Notes: generated by a model from the sequence alone, not told the origin. Positions 25,183-38,419 are shown, counted from the whole stretch's first letter. The stretch is 62,273 nucleotides of DNA, filler included, from Globobulimina sp. (GCA_003354225.1; 25 parts of 25 records of this genome joined end to end with filler, not necessarily neighbours in it); one strand, 5' to 3'. Numbers and translations are program-made.

Positions 25183-26757
25183 ATGTCGTCTGCTGTGTAT
25201 CCTCATAAAGATGGTGATGCAGACGATTTAAAAGATAAAGAAGAGAATCCCTATAACTATGAGAGTGAACATGTGATGCACAGTATGAATAGCAATGAAT
25301 TTGTCACAATTGGTTTACTAAAAAAAGAATTATTATTGAAAGACTTAGAAGATATCAAACAAAGATATGGAGAGAAACTACGTGATTTAGAAGCATTATT
25401 AGATGGTACAAGACGGGAAAATGATGCATATTGTTGGCAGATTAATGCATTGCAACAACACAAGCAATGCTTAGAGCAAACATCCAATGAATGGCAGACA
25501 CGTTACAATGACACAAAAATATTGCTATTAAGTGCCAAAACAGAAATAATTGATTTAAACACAGAACTAAGAAATCTACGAATATCGTATCAAACGGATA
25601 TGCCACACATCGACGACAGGAATGGCATACAAATGCAATCTGAAAATAAATATCTGAATGAAAATAAACAGATTAAAACAGAGAATATGAGATATTTAAA
25701 GCAATTGAAACAAAGCACCCATAAATGCCAGGCATCGGATATGAAATGCATTGATTTGAATAATATGCAAATAGATTTGCAGAATGAATTAGATATTGCC
25801 AGATCGCAAAGAAATGAGTATATGGATATGATCGACCAATGTTTCCTAGAAATGAGGTGTTTGGAGCACCAAAATGCGGAGTTAACCCATTCATTGTCAG
25901 AGAGCAAAAACGATAAACCTTTATTTGATTGCGATGGGAATGTGATTGAAATATCTTATTCTCCCAAAACGAAATCAAATATTAATTCATATTTAAGAGT
26001 ACGAACGCCATCGATCGCAAATACGCCCATTCATACCGTCGTAAATGGGGACATTGATTTTAATGATTATGAATATATAAAGAGCCATAATGAGAGTATG
26101 TGCATAGATATCAGTTATGAGCATGATGGCAATTTAATTAATGCAATGAATGGATATTTATTTGAAATCGGTGAATGTGTGCAGAATATTAAAAGGATAC
26201 AGTTATTTTATAAAAAAACAACAACCAAATCAGATAAAGGTAAAAAATTAAAAATTGTCTTTTTTTGCTGTAATCTGCTAATATTATTTCTGAAATGTTT
26301 TGTTATGTTACAGCGGAAATATCAATTGATGAAAAGCGAGAAATTATTGATGATGACAGTTGCGAGGATGAGGGAGTTGAGGATTTGTTGAAAGTGGTCG
26401 ATAATAACGAAGAAGAACAGCAATTGGCACGGATTCAAGACATTGTTGGACATTTACAAGAATGTACGGCAGAAATGCAAAAAGAAGAGGTTTCGAGAAT
26501 GGAGCATGAAAAAAGAAAATACCAACACTTAGATGCGACGTACAAGAGAAAGATAAAAGTATTGACAAAGGATTTGTATTCAACACAGTATAAAAAATGT
26601 AATTCATTCATTTCTTTATATATATAATATAATTATCGATAGATATATTCTGTAATGTTTGTTGTTAGATGGTGGATATCGAGATATTTGCTGGGAAATG
26701 CTTGGAAATGTAGGCAATTACACAAAGGATGCGATTATTTATAGACTCACTCATTAA
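25183..26757 (+). CDS. Coiled-coil hypothetical protein (multi-exon)
   Basis: Long heptad-rich ORF 25183-26391 spliced to the 26295-26627 frame; the end coordinate is approximate. Confidence 0.5.
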
Positions 26758-26963
26758 CAAATCACTAATGACTAATCCTCGTATTATATTATATTTGTTT
26801 TGTTTTTTGCATTTTGCGTTTCTACATTTTTTACAACTCTCCTTATTTAATAATTTGTTGGTTTTTTTGTGTCATCACTTTCCTTAATTTTCATATAAAT
26901 TGTATACTTCTGAAAATAGCGCCGAAATATTGTTTTCAAAAACAAAAGTAGTACAATCCGACC

Positions 26964-27355
26964 ATGCCGTCACCGTTTGTGAATCTGATTATTGCATTTC
27001 TTATAACGACAGCAATAAACTGTGAACATCACTGTTGGAATGAAAACGAGAGAGCTCCTCTGACCTTCCACAACAATCCAAACAAATCTGTAACACACTT
27101 ACCAACAATACGACTAATTCAAGGATACTATCCATCACAATTTGCTATGCAATACTTAGCATTTGTATACCTCGCAGAAAAAATGGGTGTTGATGTATGT
27201 AATCTGTTATTATTATATTGTTATTTTTGCAAAAACATTACATAAATCCATTTGCAAAAAACAAAGGTAACTTTTTATCCAGACAATGATCCAAATGCTT
27301 TGTTTGACCGTTACAGCGGATACAAATATTGGTGCCACACAAATTGCCACAGCGA
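26964..27355 (+). CDS. Secreted/membrane protein N-terminus, possibly a type-2 periplasmic-binding (OpuAC/ProX-like) ectodomain
   Basis: Signal peptide, then IRLIQGYYPSQ...LAFVYLAEKMGVD|VTF, which resembles the first strand-helix of glycine-betaine-binding folds. Confidence 0.3.
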
Positions 27356-27775
27356 NNNNNNNNNNNNNNNNNNNNNNNNNNNNNNNNNNNNNNNNNNNNT
27401 TAATTAATTAANNNNNNNNNNNNNNNNNNNNNNNNNNNNNNNNNNNNNNNNNNNNCATCATAATCGCCTTTATTGTCGATGGAGTTTCTTTATGCGCGAA
27501 ATTTCTGACAAATTAGATGCTTCAGCACCGTCGAATTTTTTTAAATTCTTCTAATATGCATAGATATGAATAAGCAACAATACCTGAGCTCGGTAGGTGC
27601 TGTACTCATACCATACTCAAAGCGAACCAGGTTTTCAGCTTGGTTACATATTCTTCTATTTTAGTATTCTTGCTTTACTTGTTTATGCTTTTGATATTCT
27701 TTACTTGTTTTACACTTTTACAAAACTATTGAACTTCAACATGTTCCAGTTGAAAAACTTTGAACTTCGGAGACA

Positions 27776-29527
27776 ATGAGCAAGCCATTGAAGCCAATAA
27801 CCACTCAAAACGGTCTATCGCATAACGATGATGCGCTGAATTTATCCATCAACACAACATGTCAAAAAATGCTATGTAAAACAGGGAGCTCATTTCCTGA
27901 GCCAGAACGTGTAATTTATAGTGAGAAATTAATAAAAATCAATCGCAAAGGCAAGGAACAAGATCGTGCACTGTTAATAACTGACAAAGCAATCTATAAC
28001 TTAATGCCGTCCGATTTTAGTAAATGTAAAAGAAGAATCGATTTGGACTTAATCGAATCAATCACAATTTCCACCGTCAGTGAAGAATTTGTGATCCATA
28101 TACCGGACGAATATGACTATAGATTCAAATCGATAAACAAAGAGAGATTAAGTGCTGTTTTATATGACTGTTTTTGTGATAGAAACGTTAGCGAATTGAC
28201 TATAAACCGAGTGTCGCAGTCCTCGCTCTTATCAGTGACTGTCACAAAGGACGCCGTGCGACTACAAACCAGAGAGGAACGGTTCAAACGATACAAAGAA
28301 TTATTGCAATCCTTCCAAACTACGCTAAATGACTCCGACGAGGAGGACGTGAATGAAATAAAGAAAGCGAAGCCATATAAAAACATCAACGCGCTGCAAA
28401 AAGCGAGACCGGAAGATTTCGAATTTTTGAAGGTTATCGGCCGTGGCTCGTTTGGCAAAGTGATGCAAGTTCGTAAACGCGATGATGGCTCCATTTTAGC
28501 CATGAAAATCTTAAAAAAGAAGGCAATCATCGCACGCAATCAAGTGGAACATACCAAATCGGAGCGATTGATATTAGGGCAATTGCAAGAGTTACAACAT
28601 CCATTTTTGATGCGATTGCAATATGCCTTCCAAACCAACGAGAAACTGTATTTTGTGCTGGATTATTATCTCGGCGGTGAGCTCTTTTTCCACTTGAAAA
28701 AGAAACGGAGATTTACAGAGAGCGAGGCGCAAATTATGGTGGCTCAGGTCACGTTGGCCATTGGTCACTTACATTCCATCAACGTCATATATCGCGACTT
28801 GAAGCCGGAGAACATCTTATTAGACAAACACGGCAATATTTGTCTGACTGACTTTGGACTCTCCAAACAGGAAAGGAACAAAAATAATTTGTCGCATACT
28901 TTCTGCGGTACGCCGGAATATTTGGCGCCTGAAATTGTGACCAATATCGGTCACAGCAAGGCTGTGGATTGGTGGTCGTTAGGCGTGTTATTGTATGAGT
29001 TGACCATTGGGATTCCGCCATTTTACTCGCAAAATGTCAATGAAATGTATAAAAAAATACAGGGCGCGCCTTTGCAGTTTCCGCCGCAGACTACGCGCCG
29101 TTGTAAAGCGTTGATTGCGTTGCTGTTGGAAAGGAATGTTCGGTATCGGCTGGGTTCAGGCCCCGATGATGTGGAGGAAATTAAAAGACATCCCTTCTTT
29201 AGGAATATTGATTGGGATTTATTGTTGCAAAAGAAAATTGAGCCGATTTATAAGCCAAATGTGAAGAATGAATATGATGTCTCTAACTTTGATAAGCAAT
29301 TTACGAATGAACCGGTGATTGTGACTTATGAGTCGAAGACGGGAGACGTTGTCGCCAATGACGAGAACAGTAATAATAATAATAAAATGCACCCACAATA
29401 CAAAGGGAATAATTATAATGGTAATAACATACGCAATTTGCATAAGGATAGGAGTCGGGATAAGGACAGCGATGATATGTTTGAGGAGTTCAGTTTCGTT
29501 GCGATTCCGGAGGATGATGAGGATTGA
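27776..29527 (+). CDS. AGC-family Ser/Thr kinase (Akt/SGK/S6K-like) with N-terminal myosin-TH1-like PH domain; single exon
   Basis: GRGSFGKV, AMK, YRDLKPEN, DFG, TFCGTPEYLAPE, NFD..FT and hydrophobic motif FEEFSF. The N-terminus VIYSEKLIKINRKGKEQDRALLITDKAIYNL...KRRIDL...EFVIHIPDEYDYRF is TH1-like. Confidence 0.92.
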   Translation: MSKPLKPITTQNGLSHNDDALNLSINTTCQKMLCKTGSSFPEPERVIYSEKLIKINRKGKEQDRALLITDKAIYNLMPSDFSKCKRRIDLDLIESITISTVSEEFVIHIPDEYDYRFKSINKERLSAVLYDCFCDRNVSELTINRVSQSSLLSVTVTKDAVRLQTREERFKRYKELLQSFQTTLNDSDEEDVNEIKKAKPYKNINALQKARPEDFEFLKVIGRGSFGKVMQVRKRDDGSILAMKILKKKAIIARNQVEHTKSERLILGQLQELQHPFLMRLQYAFQTNEKLYFVLDYYLGGELFFHLKKKRRFTESEAQIMVAQVTLAIGHLHSINVIYRDLKPENILLDKHGNICLTDFGLSKQERNKNNLSHTFCGTPEYLAPEIVTNIGHSKAVDWWSLGVLLYELTIGIPPFYSQNVNEMYKKIQGAPLQFPPQTTRRCKALIALLLERNVRYRLGSGPDDVEEIKRHPFFRNIDWDLLLQKKIEPIYKPNVKNEYDVSNFDKQFTNEPVIVTYESKTGDVVANDENSNNNNKMHPQYKGNNYNGNNIRNLHKDRSRDKDSDDMFEEFSFVAIPEDDED

Positions 29528-29950
29528 GTTTGATTTGAATGTTGCAATTGTGGTATGTTATTAATTTTGTGTTGTTGTCATGTACGTTTCTGTCAAACTA
29601 TTGTATTGAAAGTGATTCGTTTTTAGATTTCGTATTTTAGATTTTTTAAATTAAAAACACTCGTTTTCGTGCGGAATTATACTTTGCTTGAAAGTATATG
29701 TGCTGATGGATACTAAAACAACTTCTTCCAAACACTTGAATTTAGCTGATGGTAATTATACCGTTTTTTCGTGTTCGGATGAGTCGGATTAATCCTGTCA
29801 ACTCCAACAGAAAGATTTATTTAAGCTGTTTTTAATCTTAATTCAACAATNNNNNNNNNNNNNNNNNNNNNNNNNNNNNNNNNNNNNNNNNNNNTTAATT
29901 AATTAANNNNNNNNNNNNNNNNNNNNNNNNNNNNNNNNNNNNNNNNNNNN

Positions 29951-31500
29951 CTACATTTTGAGTTATATCGTCGTATAATTCGTCAATGAGATCCTCAAAG
30001 GTTGCTTCTTCATATTCTACATTGAAGGAAAAAAAGTGTTGTTAATTATATATGAATGTAAATGGGAAAATACCTTCTTGTGTTACTTCGTCATACAATT
30101 CATTGATATCATCATAATCTGCATCTATTTCATCGTCATAATAATCACCATATTGTTCATCGTCTTCGTCATACAAATCATCATAATCCTCGCCATATTC
30201 TATATATTTAATATCAAATATATTAAATTAATCCATAAAAACTATATAAATATATACCTCCATCATAAAAATCATACGTTTCATCCTCATCCAAATCATA
30301 ATATTCATCCTCATCATCAAAATCCTCATAATACTCACCGTATTCTCCATATCCATCATCAACTTCAGCTCCGTCATCATAATATTCATCATCATCATAG
30401 ATATCATAATATTCACCATATTGTTCATTATTTGCTTCATCCTCATCCTCATAATCATAATCATCATAATTATGCACCATTCTTCTTCTTTGATTCAAGC
30501 CAGATATTCTCAGCATTTCTCTATTCCGATCATACCGCGCCATGGAACCTTTCTCCCTGGCTCGAATCCGTCGAAATGCATTGGTCAAACCATATAATCC
30601 GCCGCCATTAAACGAGGGTTGCTTCAAAAGCCCGTTATTTGCATTCATTGCATTCAGACCATTCCCATTCATTCGTTTTCGAACTATATTTTGTAATTTT
30701 TGTTGAGCCATATTCCGCCATCCATTTACATCTAAATATTGAAAATCAGTGCTTTCAAATTCAATAAAAATATCAAACAATATATACCTTCATCGTCATA
30801 ATAATCCTCATCGTCATAAAAGTCATCATTATAATCATCGTCATAATAATCCTCATCATAATAATCATCATCATCATCAGCATAATAACCCTCATCATCA
30901 TAATATCCATCATCATCACTGTCATAATAATATTCATCATCATTTCTCCGCATTTCCTTCATCCTCCGCCTCATCCCATGCGTTGCCAGGTATTTCTCCC
31001 TCAATTTATTGTGTTTTCTTGACCGAAACAACCGACCCAACACATTTCCTTTCCCTCTCACTGCTTTCTTAAAACTTTCCAATTTATATCCACCGGATCC
31101 ATAATGCATTGCGCCACCCCGCGACCCCAACGCATTATAAATGTCACCTCCTTTCCCCACACTTCGCCGCAACACTTTCGGTAATATCTTATTCGCATTG
31201 CTCAACACATCTAATTATATAATATTATACACACAATTTAATACAAAACAAAATAACAAAACTTGGCAACAAATGTATAGCCGCACCCACTATGGGCTGC
31301 ACAAAGGGCAGTTCCTCATCAATGTCATCATAATCCTCCATAGCATCCATACTGTCCACCATCGCTCCGTCATAATCATAGTAATCAAACTCGTCAAACC
31401 TCGCCGCCGCGCTCTGCTTCAAATTGCTCTTTTTCTTCGTTGCAGCTTTCTGTCTGAGCCCGTTTGGCCGCTTTAAATGTCCCAGCAACTCTCTCCAAAT
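29951..31500 (-). CDS. Modular protein alternating basic segments with Asp/Glu/Tyr-rich blocks (multi-exon; start unresolved, 3' truncated)
   Basis: Exons 31210-30788, 30731-30258, 30199-30074 and 30016-edge join in frame through phase-1 GT-AG introns. Confidence 0.65.
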
Positions 31501-32093
31501 CCACCTGGGACACCATCGGGGCCGCTCATTGGGCCGCAATTGCTGATATTTCTTGTACTTTGCATCCTGCGAACAAACAAGATCCAATAACAAACATTCC
31601 CAATCCCATGGCGTCAATGGCAGTTCCCTGCAAAGTGAAATTTTCAAACAACGCTAATAATGATCCATTGCTTTGATTTGTAGATGAAGTCACAACTTCT
31701 GTTGGCACTGCACAAAAATATATAAAATATTCTGGCCGTTTGATTATATTATTCCTCAACAATGGCCTAATTTTTACAATTGAATTTAGTAATTGTGAGC
31801 GTGCCATGATGCGTTGCTGAAAAACAATGGCAAAATTTTTCAAGATATATAAAAACGAAGATATCCGAGCTGACCATTTTTTTTTTTGAAACACAATATT
31901 TTTTCGATAGAATAAATGAATGGTAATTGAATTAATAATGCAATAATAACAAACAAAAAAAAGTGACATAACAATTGGTTTAAAAATATATTATCAAAAA
32001 CAAAAAAAACACACACAATCAAACCAATACATTTTGATAAATTAATTCATATTTGAATAATTATACAGATTCAATCAAACATTTCAATTATTT

Positions 32094-32345
32094 TCAATAC
32101 CAACAGTCATACGAACCATAACCACATCCATAGCCACCACCGCGACCATATCCGTGCTTATATCCACCACCTCCACGGCCTCGACCATAACCACCACCGC
32201 GCCTATAACCTCCACCGCGGCCATGTTTATATCCTTTACCATACCCACCGCCTCGACCATAACCACCGCCTCGACCGTACCCACCGCCTCTACCATATCC
32301 ACCACCATGCCCATAACCTCCGCCACCCATTCCACCACCACCCAG
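32094..32345 (-). CDS. Gly/Tyr/Arg-rich (GGGYGR repeat) protein C-terminus
   Basis: (GGGYGR)n ending in YGCGYGSYDCWY*. Confidence 0.65.
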   Translation of the reverse strand: MGGGGMGGGGYGHGGGYGRGGGYGRGGGYGRGGGYGKGYKHGRGGGYRRGGGYGRGRGGGGYKHGYGRGGGYGCGYGSYDCWY

Positions 32346-32445
32346 NNNNNNNNNNNNNNNNNNNNNNNNNNNNNNNNNNNNNNNNNNNNTTAATTAATTA
32401 ANNNNNNNNNNNNNNNNNNNNNNNNNNNNNNNNNNNNNNNNNNNN

Positions 32446-34269
32446 AGCAGATATGATAAAATAGCCTCCAACACACAACACAATGACCAAGAACAATATA
32501 CATATTTCTTTAACATTATAACTAATTATCCGAATTAATGAACCACCAAACACCATTAAATTAAATATTCCTGAAATCGCCACTAAACTATACAATATCG
32601 GTTGTATATACAGTCCAATCCCAACCAATATGGCCAATGGGAAAGTAACCCCATAAACTAACATATTACAACCCGTGCAATCCATTGGTGCTGCACCACT
32701 ACAAAACGCATAAATAAGTGGGTATATTTGCCATAATAAAAAGAACAAAGCAATATACAAAATCCATGACGAGAGTGTATAACCATAATAATGATCGTCG
32801 GGCACTAAATTGCCATCACCCAAACCCAACCAATTCATACTGGGTCCATTGAAATGGCCATACAGCCACACCGTAGCAGTCATAACCGAGACATCAATCA
32901 CTTCGCAAAAATTAACTACCAAAATATACAGAGTTAAATCTGCAAAGAAATTCAATTTAATTTGCCTAAATCCTAAACTTATATAAATGCCAAATATCCA
33001 CATAAATCCAAAAAATATTGCATAAATATTCGTTTTGGTAACGATATTAATGACAGATAAACCCGCTGTGATTGTATTGATGGAAATAAATATTGGAATA
33101 AATGCAATTAATTTTGCAGAATACTCTATAGTTTTTAGCAAAAATGTATAACAACACTTATCGCGCCATGTGCCTTCATAATATCTAATAATCTCATCTT
33201 TCATTACCGACATTTGTCTCAAATCATATTTAATTGGAAGGAATGCACCATTTAATGCAGCAAAAGAGAGTGAAAATGTGACGTTCCAGAATGTGCTCGG
33301 ATTCATATCCCACGACATTGGAAACGAATAAATTAATTTAAACATTCCATCCATTAATGATAAATGATAATGAATCATATCCGTTGTTATCGTAAAATAA
33401 AAAATGAAATCATCGGACAGAGAACCATATGTACAGAATATCAAAATGTTATCGGTTATGTTACAAATAAATAATACAATTTTCATGGCATAAAAAACAG
33501 CACAAACAGTGTATACATATGAATCTGCAGTATATTGAGTAAAATATTCAATGTATATAAGGAATACGGTACAGTTTACGATTTCAGATATTTGATGAAT
33601 GAGTTCAAACATAGATTTACTGTATTTTTGTTGGGGATTAATATATATTTGTGGTGGTTGTGGTTGTGGTGCATTGCTATTATTTTCTAACAATTCATAG
33701 TGATTTCCAATGTCTTCAAATTCAGCAATATTAATATTTGCAATTGGTTCAATGGATTGAGATTTATAATTAGCACATAAGCAATGTCGAATTACTTTGA
33801 AGCATATCCATGTAAGCAATAGAATGAATAGTACAAAATACCCGAGATATTCAATCAAAATGGAACTAGGTTGGTTTAGATTGCTTTGTATTGGCATTCC
33901 TGAACAATCATAGTTTGCTTTCTTACATTCAAAACTGGTAAATATTTGATCAGCTATTATTTTAATATATATATATATATTTACACATAAATTCCCGGCA
34001 AAAAAACAGATTAAAAATAAAAACATACCGTCCAATGAAGGGTAATTAGCAGCAAATTTGCAAGGTACGATACATGCATCACACAAGGAACGATACTCCA
34101 CACAACTTGCATTTTGTTGTTGGTTATTTGTATTCTGAGTGCTAGATTCTACGGTGCATGTATATAATTGGTGTGGTGATAAAGCACAGCTTGAGTCTAA
34201 GAAACATGGCTCACATTGAGCATCAAGCAACGTTAACGCGGTTCCAAAAAGTACCAAAAAAGATGTCAT
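32446..34269 (-). CDS. Polytopic membrane protein with signal peptide and Cys-rich ectodomain (3' truncated)
   Basis: MTSFLVLFGTALTLLDAQC signal, Cys-rich stretch and many hydrophobic segments; probable intron near 33950-34030. Confidence 0.6.
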
Positions 34270-34372
34270 GGTTTTAAAGAGAGCTCGTAATGCACCAAAA
34301 ACATTGTATATATACATGACGTACATTACAGTATTTTAAAGTTACATATAAATAAAATGTTAAATAGTACGG

Positions 34373-34840
34373 TCAAATTACACATTTCTTGCATGACATA
34401 TGACATTTTCCACACACTTTATAGTACTCAGCGGTTGAAAATGCATTATTAAAATAAATACACCACACATTTGATATGGCATCAACTGGCAATAATAGCC
34501 ATTGAATCAATTTAAGTATTGATATCTCATCGGCTCTATTTAAACTCGGATTTAATCCAATCGATAACAGATCAGTTGCCACGAAAAAAAACCAGATAAC
34601 GCATGAAAACACCGCAAGAGAACTAAGCAACGCATATCTCGTAATAATATCAATATAATTTAATTCGTCCCCTCTCTCATTACCAATCATAGCATCAACT
34701 TCTTTCACCGTTTTGCCCTCATAACTATAACCAAAATCAGTTGCTATCATCTTTAATCTCTGCAAAAATAGAAAAACAATGCTGATCGATAACACCGTAT
34801 CCCACAGAAATACAAACGTTGCAACTAAACCACAAATCAA
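34373..34840 (-). CDS. C-terminal part of a 7TM-like membrane protein
   Basis: Three TM segments, D..SN..CIY in the last helix and a YYKVCGKCH...KKC tail. Confidence 0.5.
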   Translation of the reverse strand: MICGLVATFVFLWDTVLSISIVFLFLQRLKMIATDFGYSYEGKTVKEVDAMIGNERGDELNYIDIITRYALLSSLAVFSCVIWFFFVATDLLSIGLNPSLNRADEISILKLIQWLLLPVDAISNVWCIYFNNAFSTAEYYKVCGKCHMSCKKCVI

Positions 34841-35890
34841 NNNNNNNNNNNNNNNNNNNNNNNNNNNNNNNNNNNNNNNNNNNNTTAATTAATTAANNNN
34901 NNNNNNNNNNNNNNNNNNNNNNNNNNNNNNNNNNNNNNNNTAATCAATATATAATCGCAAATTTTTCAAATGACTTTTTGATTTTATAATGAGGTCAAGG
35001 GAGGAGTGGAATGAATACTTTTAATTAATCCACGCTCCTTGCATGCAATTCACTAAGTGTTTTTCGAAGTTTTAAGTATTAAATTAGCAAGTCTCTACAA
35101 CTAAATTCCTTACAACCTATAACTAAATTAGCAAGTCTCTACAATTGGGGGGTCAAGTGTTCAAACTATCCACGATAAAGAATTGCACACATATAAAAAA
35201 AGGAGGAAGAAGGTATATATACCGATAATTAACATAATCTATTCTAGTTTAGCTTAGAGTGAGATATCCGCGCGCGAATAACATATACGTTTCGAAACAA
35301 GTTAAGGAGTGCTATAAGTTAGAACGAGTGGAGACTAGCTGAGCAAGATAGGTCAGTCATAACACAAAAACAAGTAAAACTAAATTAAGAGGACAAATAC
35401 AACTATGATATATGCATAAAAATAAAACACCGGTTAGAACAAACAAATACAAAAAAAAAACATATTTTCAGATTGCAAATCTTGAAAACCAGATTGAAAA
35501 TGACATAAAATCAGATTGAAAACCAGTAAAACCTGGCTCAAACCAAACAAACCATAAAATACAATTGACAGACGGCGCGCGTTTGATCTTTACAATTGGC
35601 TTTCTTGCACGCATCATATTGGGAGAAGGCGCTGCACCGAACCATGTCATCGACATGGCGAGATAATTCTAAATTGACTCTGGTTTTTTTGAGCTTAAGC
35701 TTAAATATGTTTATTTACATCAAGAAAAAGTGCGTAACAGACATGTTTGTCTATGATATCTGAATATACAAATTCAATATTACCAGAATACAACAAATTC
35801 AAAATACAAATTCAACAAATTCAAAATCAAAACTTTAAAAAAATAGCTATAAAAATATCTATAATACAAATAATACAAATGAAATAATAG

Positions 35891-37105
35891 AACGACCAGA
35901 GAGATGTTCCACATCGTACAGAATGTTGGAGCAGTATGGAATATTAAAAGAATTAATCCAAATCATCCCCAGAGAGGCGACAAAACAAGAATTAATGGCA
36001 ACGCATTCCAGGCATCATGTTGAAATTGTGTTGGGTAACGATGGTAAAAAAGGCTGGTATGACGGAGATACGTTTTACAATCAATTTTCATGTCGGTCTG
36101 CAAAATTGGCAGCCGGAGCCACTATCGAGTTGATGAGGGGTATACTGCAAAATAAATACGACAATGGCTTTGCTTTGGTTCGTCCGCCAGGCCATCATTG
36201 TGAGCACAATAAAGGTTAATTTTTCTTAAATATATGTTGTTTTATGATCTGCATAGTTAAATTAATTTATTTTTTCTACAGCAATGGGTTTCTGCTTATT
36301 CAACAATGCTGTGATTGCAGTGAATTGTATCCGCAATGAAATGTTATGTAAGAAAGTTTTGATTGTTGACTGGGATGTTCATCATGGAAATGGAACGCAA
36401 AATATGTTTTATGATGATGAGCATGTCCTATATTTCAGTGTACATCGACATGACAATGGATTCTTTTATCCATCCACTGGCAAAGCACACGAAACAGGAA
36501 ATGGATTCAATATTAATGTGCCATTGAATGTAACCACTGATATAGGACATGGAGATAAGGAATATTTACTGATTTGGAAAGATGTCTTATTGCCTATTTG
36601 TAGGGAGTTCAAACCGGATATTATATTAATATCAGCTGGCTTTGATGCGTGTATTGGTGATCCATTGGGTGGTATGAGAATAACCCCGCCGTGCTATGGA
36701 TTATTGACCAGATTGTTATTGAATGAATGTAAAAAAGTTGCAATTGTGTTGGAGGGAGGTTATAATTTAGATACAATGCCAAGAGCTATATGTTGTTGTA
36801 ATTATGCTTTATTGAAAGGACCGAAACAACAAAAAGACAGTTATGCTGTCGATGAGTTTTATGCTGAGTTTACAGAGAGTATAACTGATGGAGGGAATGA
36901 GTGTGAATATGAAACATTTAATAAATGGTTTGAGGATTATGGCGATGAATTGAAACGTAAACTCGGCAATGATATTTGGGCAGATATTGATTCTGATGAA
37001 GATTTCTCAAATTATGGTTCATGCAAAGAGACTGTGAAAGAGGTATTGTCAGAACAACAGAATTACTGGAAATGTGTTGGGGAAATTTTGCAGAAATATA
37101 TATAA
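35891..37105 (+). CDS. Class II (HDAC6/10-like) histone deacetylase, 5' exon unresolved
   Basis: ERPER, RPPGHH, MGFCLFNN, DWDVHHGNGTQ, SVHR, SAGFDA..GDPLG and LEGGY. Confidence 0.93.
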
Positions 37106-37435
37106 TAAAGATAGTACATAAAATGGATTCTGACACTCCCCAAATCGTCACATTTTTCTTTTTTTTATTATTTGGAGTTTATTATTCACGTTATTTCCTT
37201 TTCTGTTTACAAAGCTTGGAATGTGCTCATTCTCATTGATGAGAAAGATATACATTCTATAACATTAAGATAAAAAGAAACAGAATGGTTAGTTTCTGTT
37301 TGACTCGAATAGAATGTTCAGTTTCTATTTGACTCNNNNNNNNNNNNNNNNNNNNNNNNNNNNNNNNNNNNNNNNNNNNTTAATTAATTAANNNNNNNNN
37401 NNNNNNNNNNNNNNNNNNNNNNNNNNNNNNNNNNN

Positions 37436-37554
37436 TTGCTGGTACCGGTGAAAGGATATATGCATCTTTCGGACAACAGACGTCGGACATTTTCTGATTT
37501 ATTTGTTTAAGTTTTACATGCGTTGTTTCTTGATTTATATTTTCTTTAAAATAA
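37436..37554. repeat. 119-bp exact direct repeat at both ends of the contig (second copy 39712-39830)
   Basis: The sequence ttgctggtaccggtg...tttaaaataa opens and closes the contig. Confidence 0.95.
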
Positions 37555-37562
37555 CAAACCAG

Positions 37563-37993
37563 ATTTGACTGGCTTTGGCGGCATGGGAATGGGAATGAAC
37601 CCACAGCCACAACAGCAGCAAATGGGTGGTATGGCGATGGGAATGGGCATGAATCAGATGGGCGGAATGGGTATGAATAGGCCGCAACAAATGGGCGGAA
37701 TGGGAATGGGAATGGGTCCGATGGCGATGAATAGGCCACCGCAGATGGGGCAGGGTCAGGGTGGTGGAATGGGTATGAATCAGATGGGAATGGGTCAGCA
37801 ACGAATGGGTATGGGGCAAATGGGAATGAATCAAGGCATGGGTATGAATCCAATGGGCGGTGGGTATGGACAACAACAACAGCAACAGCAACGGCAGCAG
37901 CAACCACAAAGGAATATGGGAATGGGTAATCAGGGAATGGGAGGATTTGGACAGAATCAAGGAATGGGTAATCAACAGAATAATTTATGGTAG
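37563..37993 (+). CDS. Gly/Met/Gln-rich low-complexity terminal exon
   Basis: Follows acceptor aaaccag; MGMG/MNQ/QQQ repeats ending NNLW*. Confidence 0.6.
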
Positions 37994-38419
37994 TATTATA
38001 TTGTATGTTTGTTATGATTCAATCACAATGTGAATGTTTGAGATCATTCGATGACTTTTCTTATTCTGCATATCGATATATATTTCTATTTACTTTTTTT
38101 CATTCTCATGTTTTAGATTATGTGACAGTATCGTTATTTTAATTGTGTATATTATTTTGTTTTGTTTTTTATGCCTTCTGCACAGTTTCGATATTTTAAT
38201 TTGTTAAGCTCTTCCAAATGTTTCTTTTTTTTGTTTTCTTTTTGCAGTTTCAAATGTAATTCCCAACTTTCCAATAATCACACAATTCATTTTTATAATC
38301 TTTTGAAAATATATGTGTTGAATCTATGATTACAAACCGATGATGACGATCGATTGAAATAAATAATACAAAATTAAAATTGTGTGTTGGAGTCAATTTT
38401 TGTCAGACAAAAGAAATCC

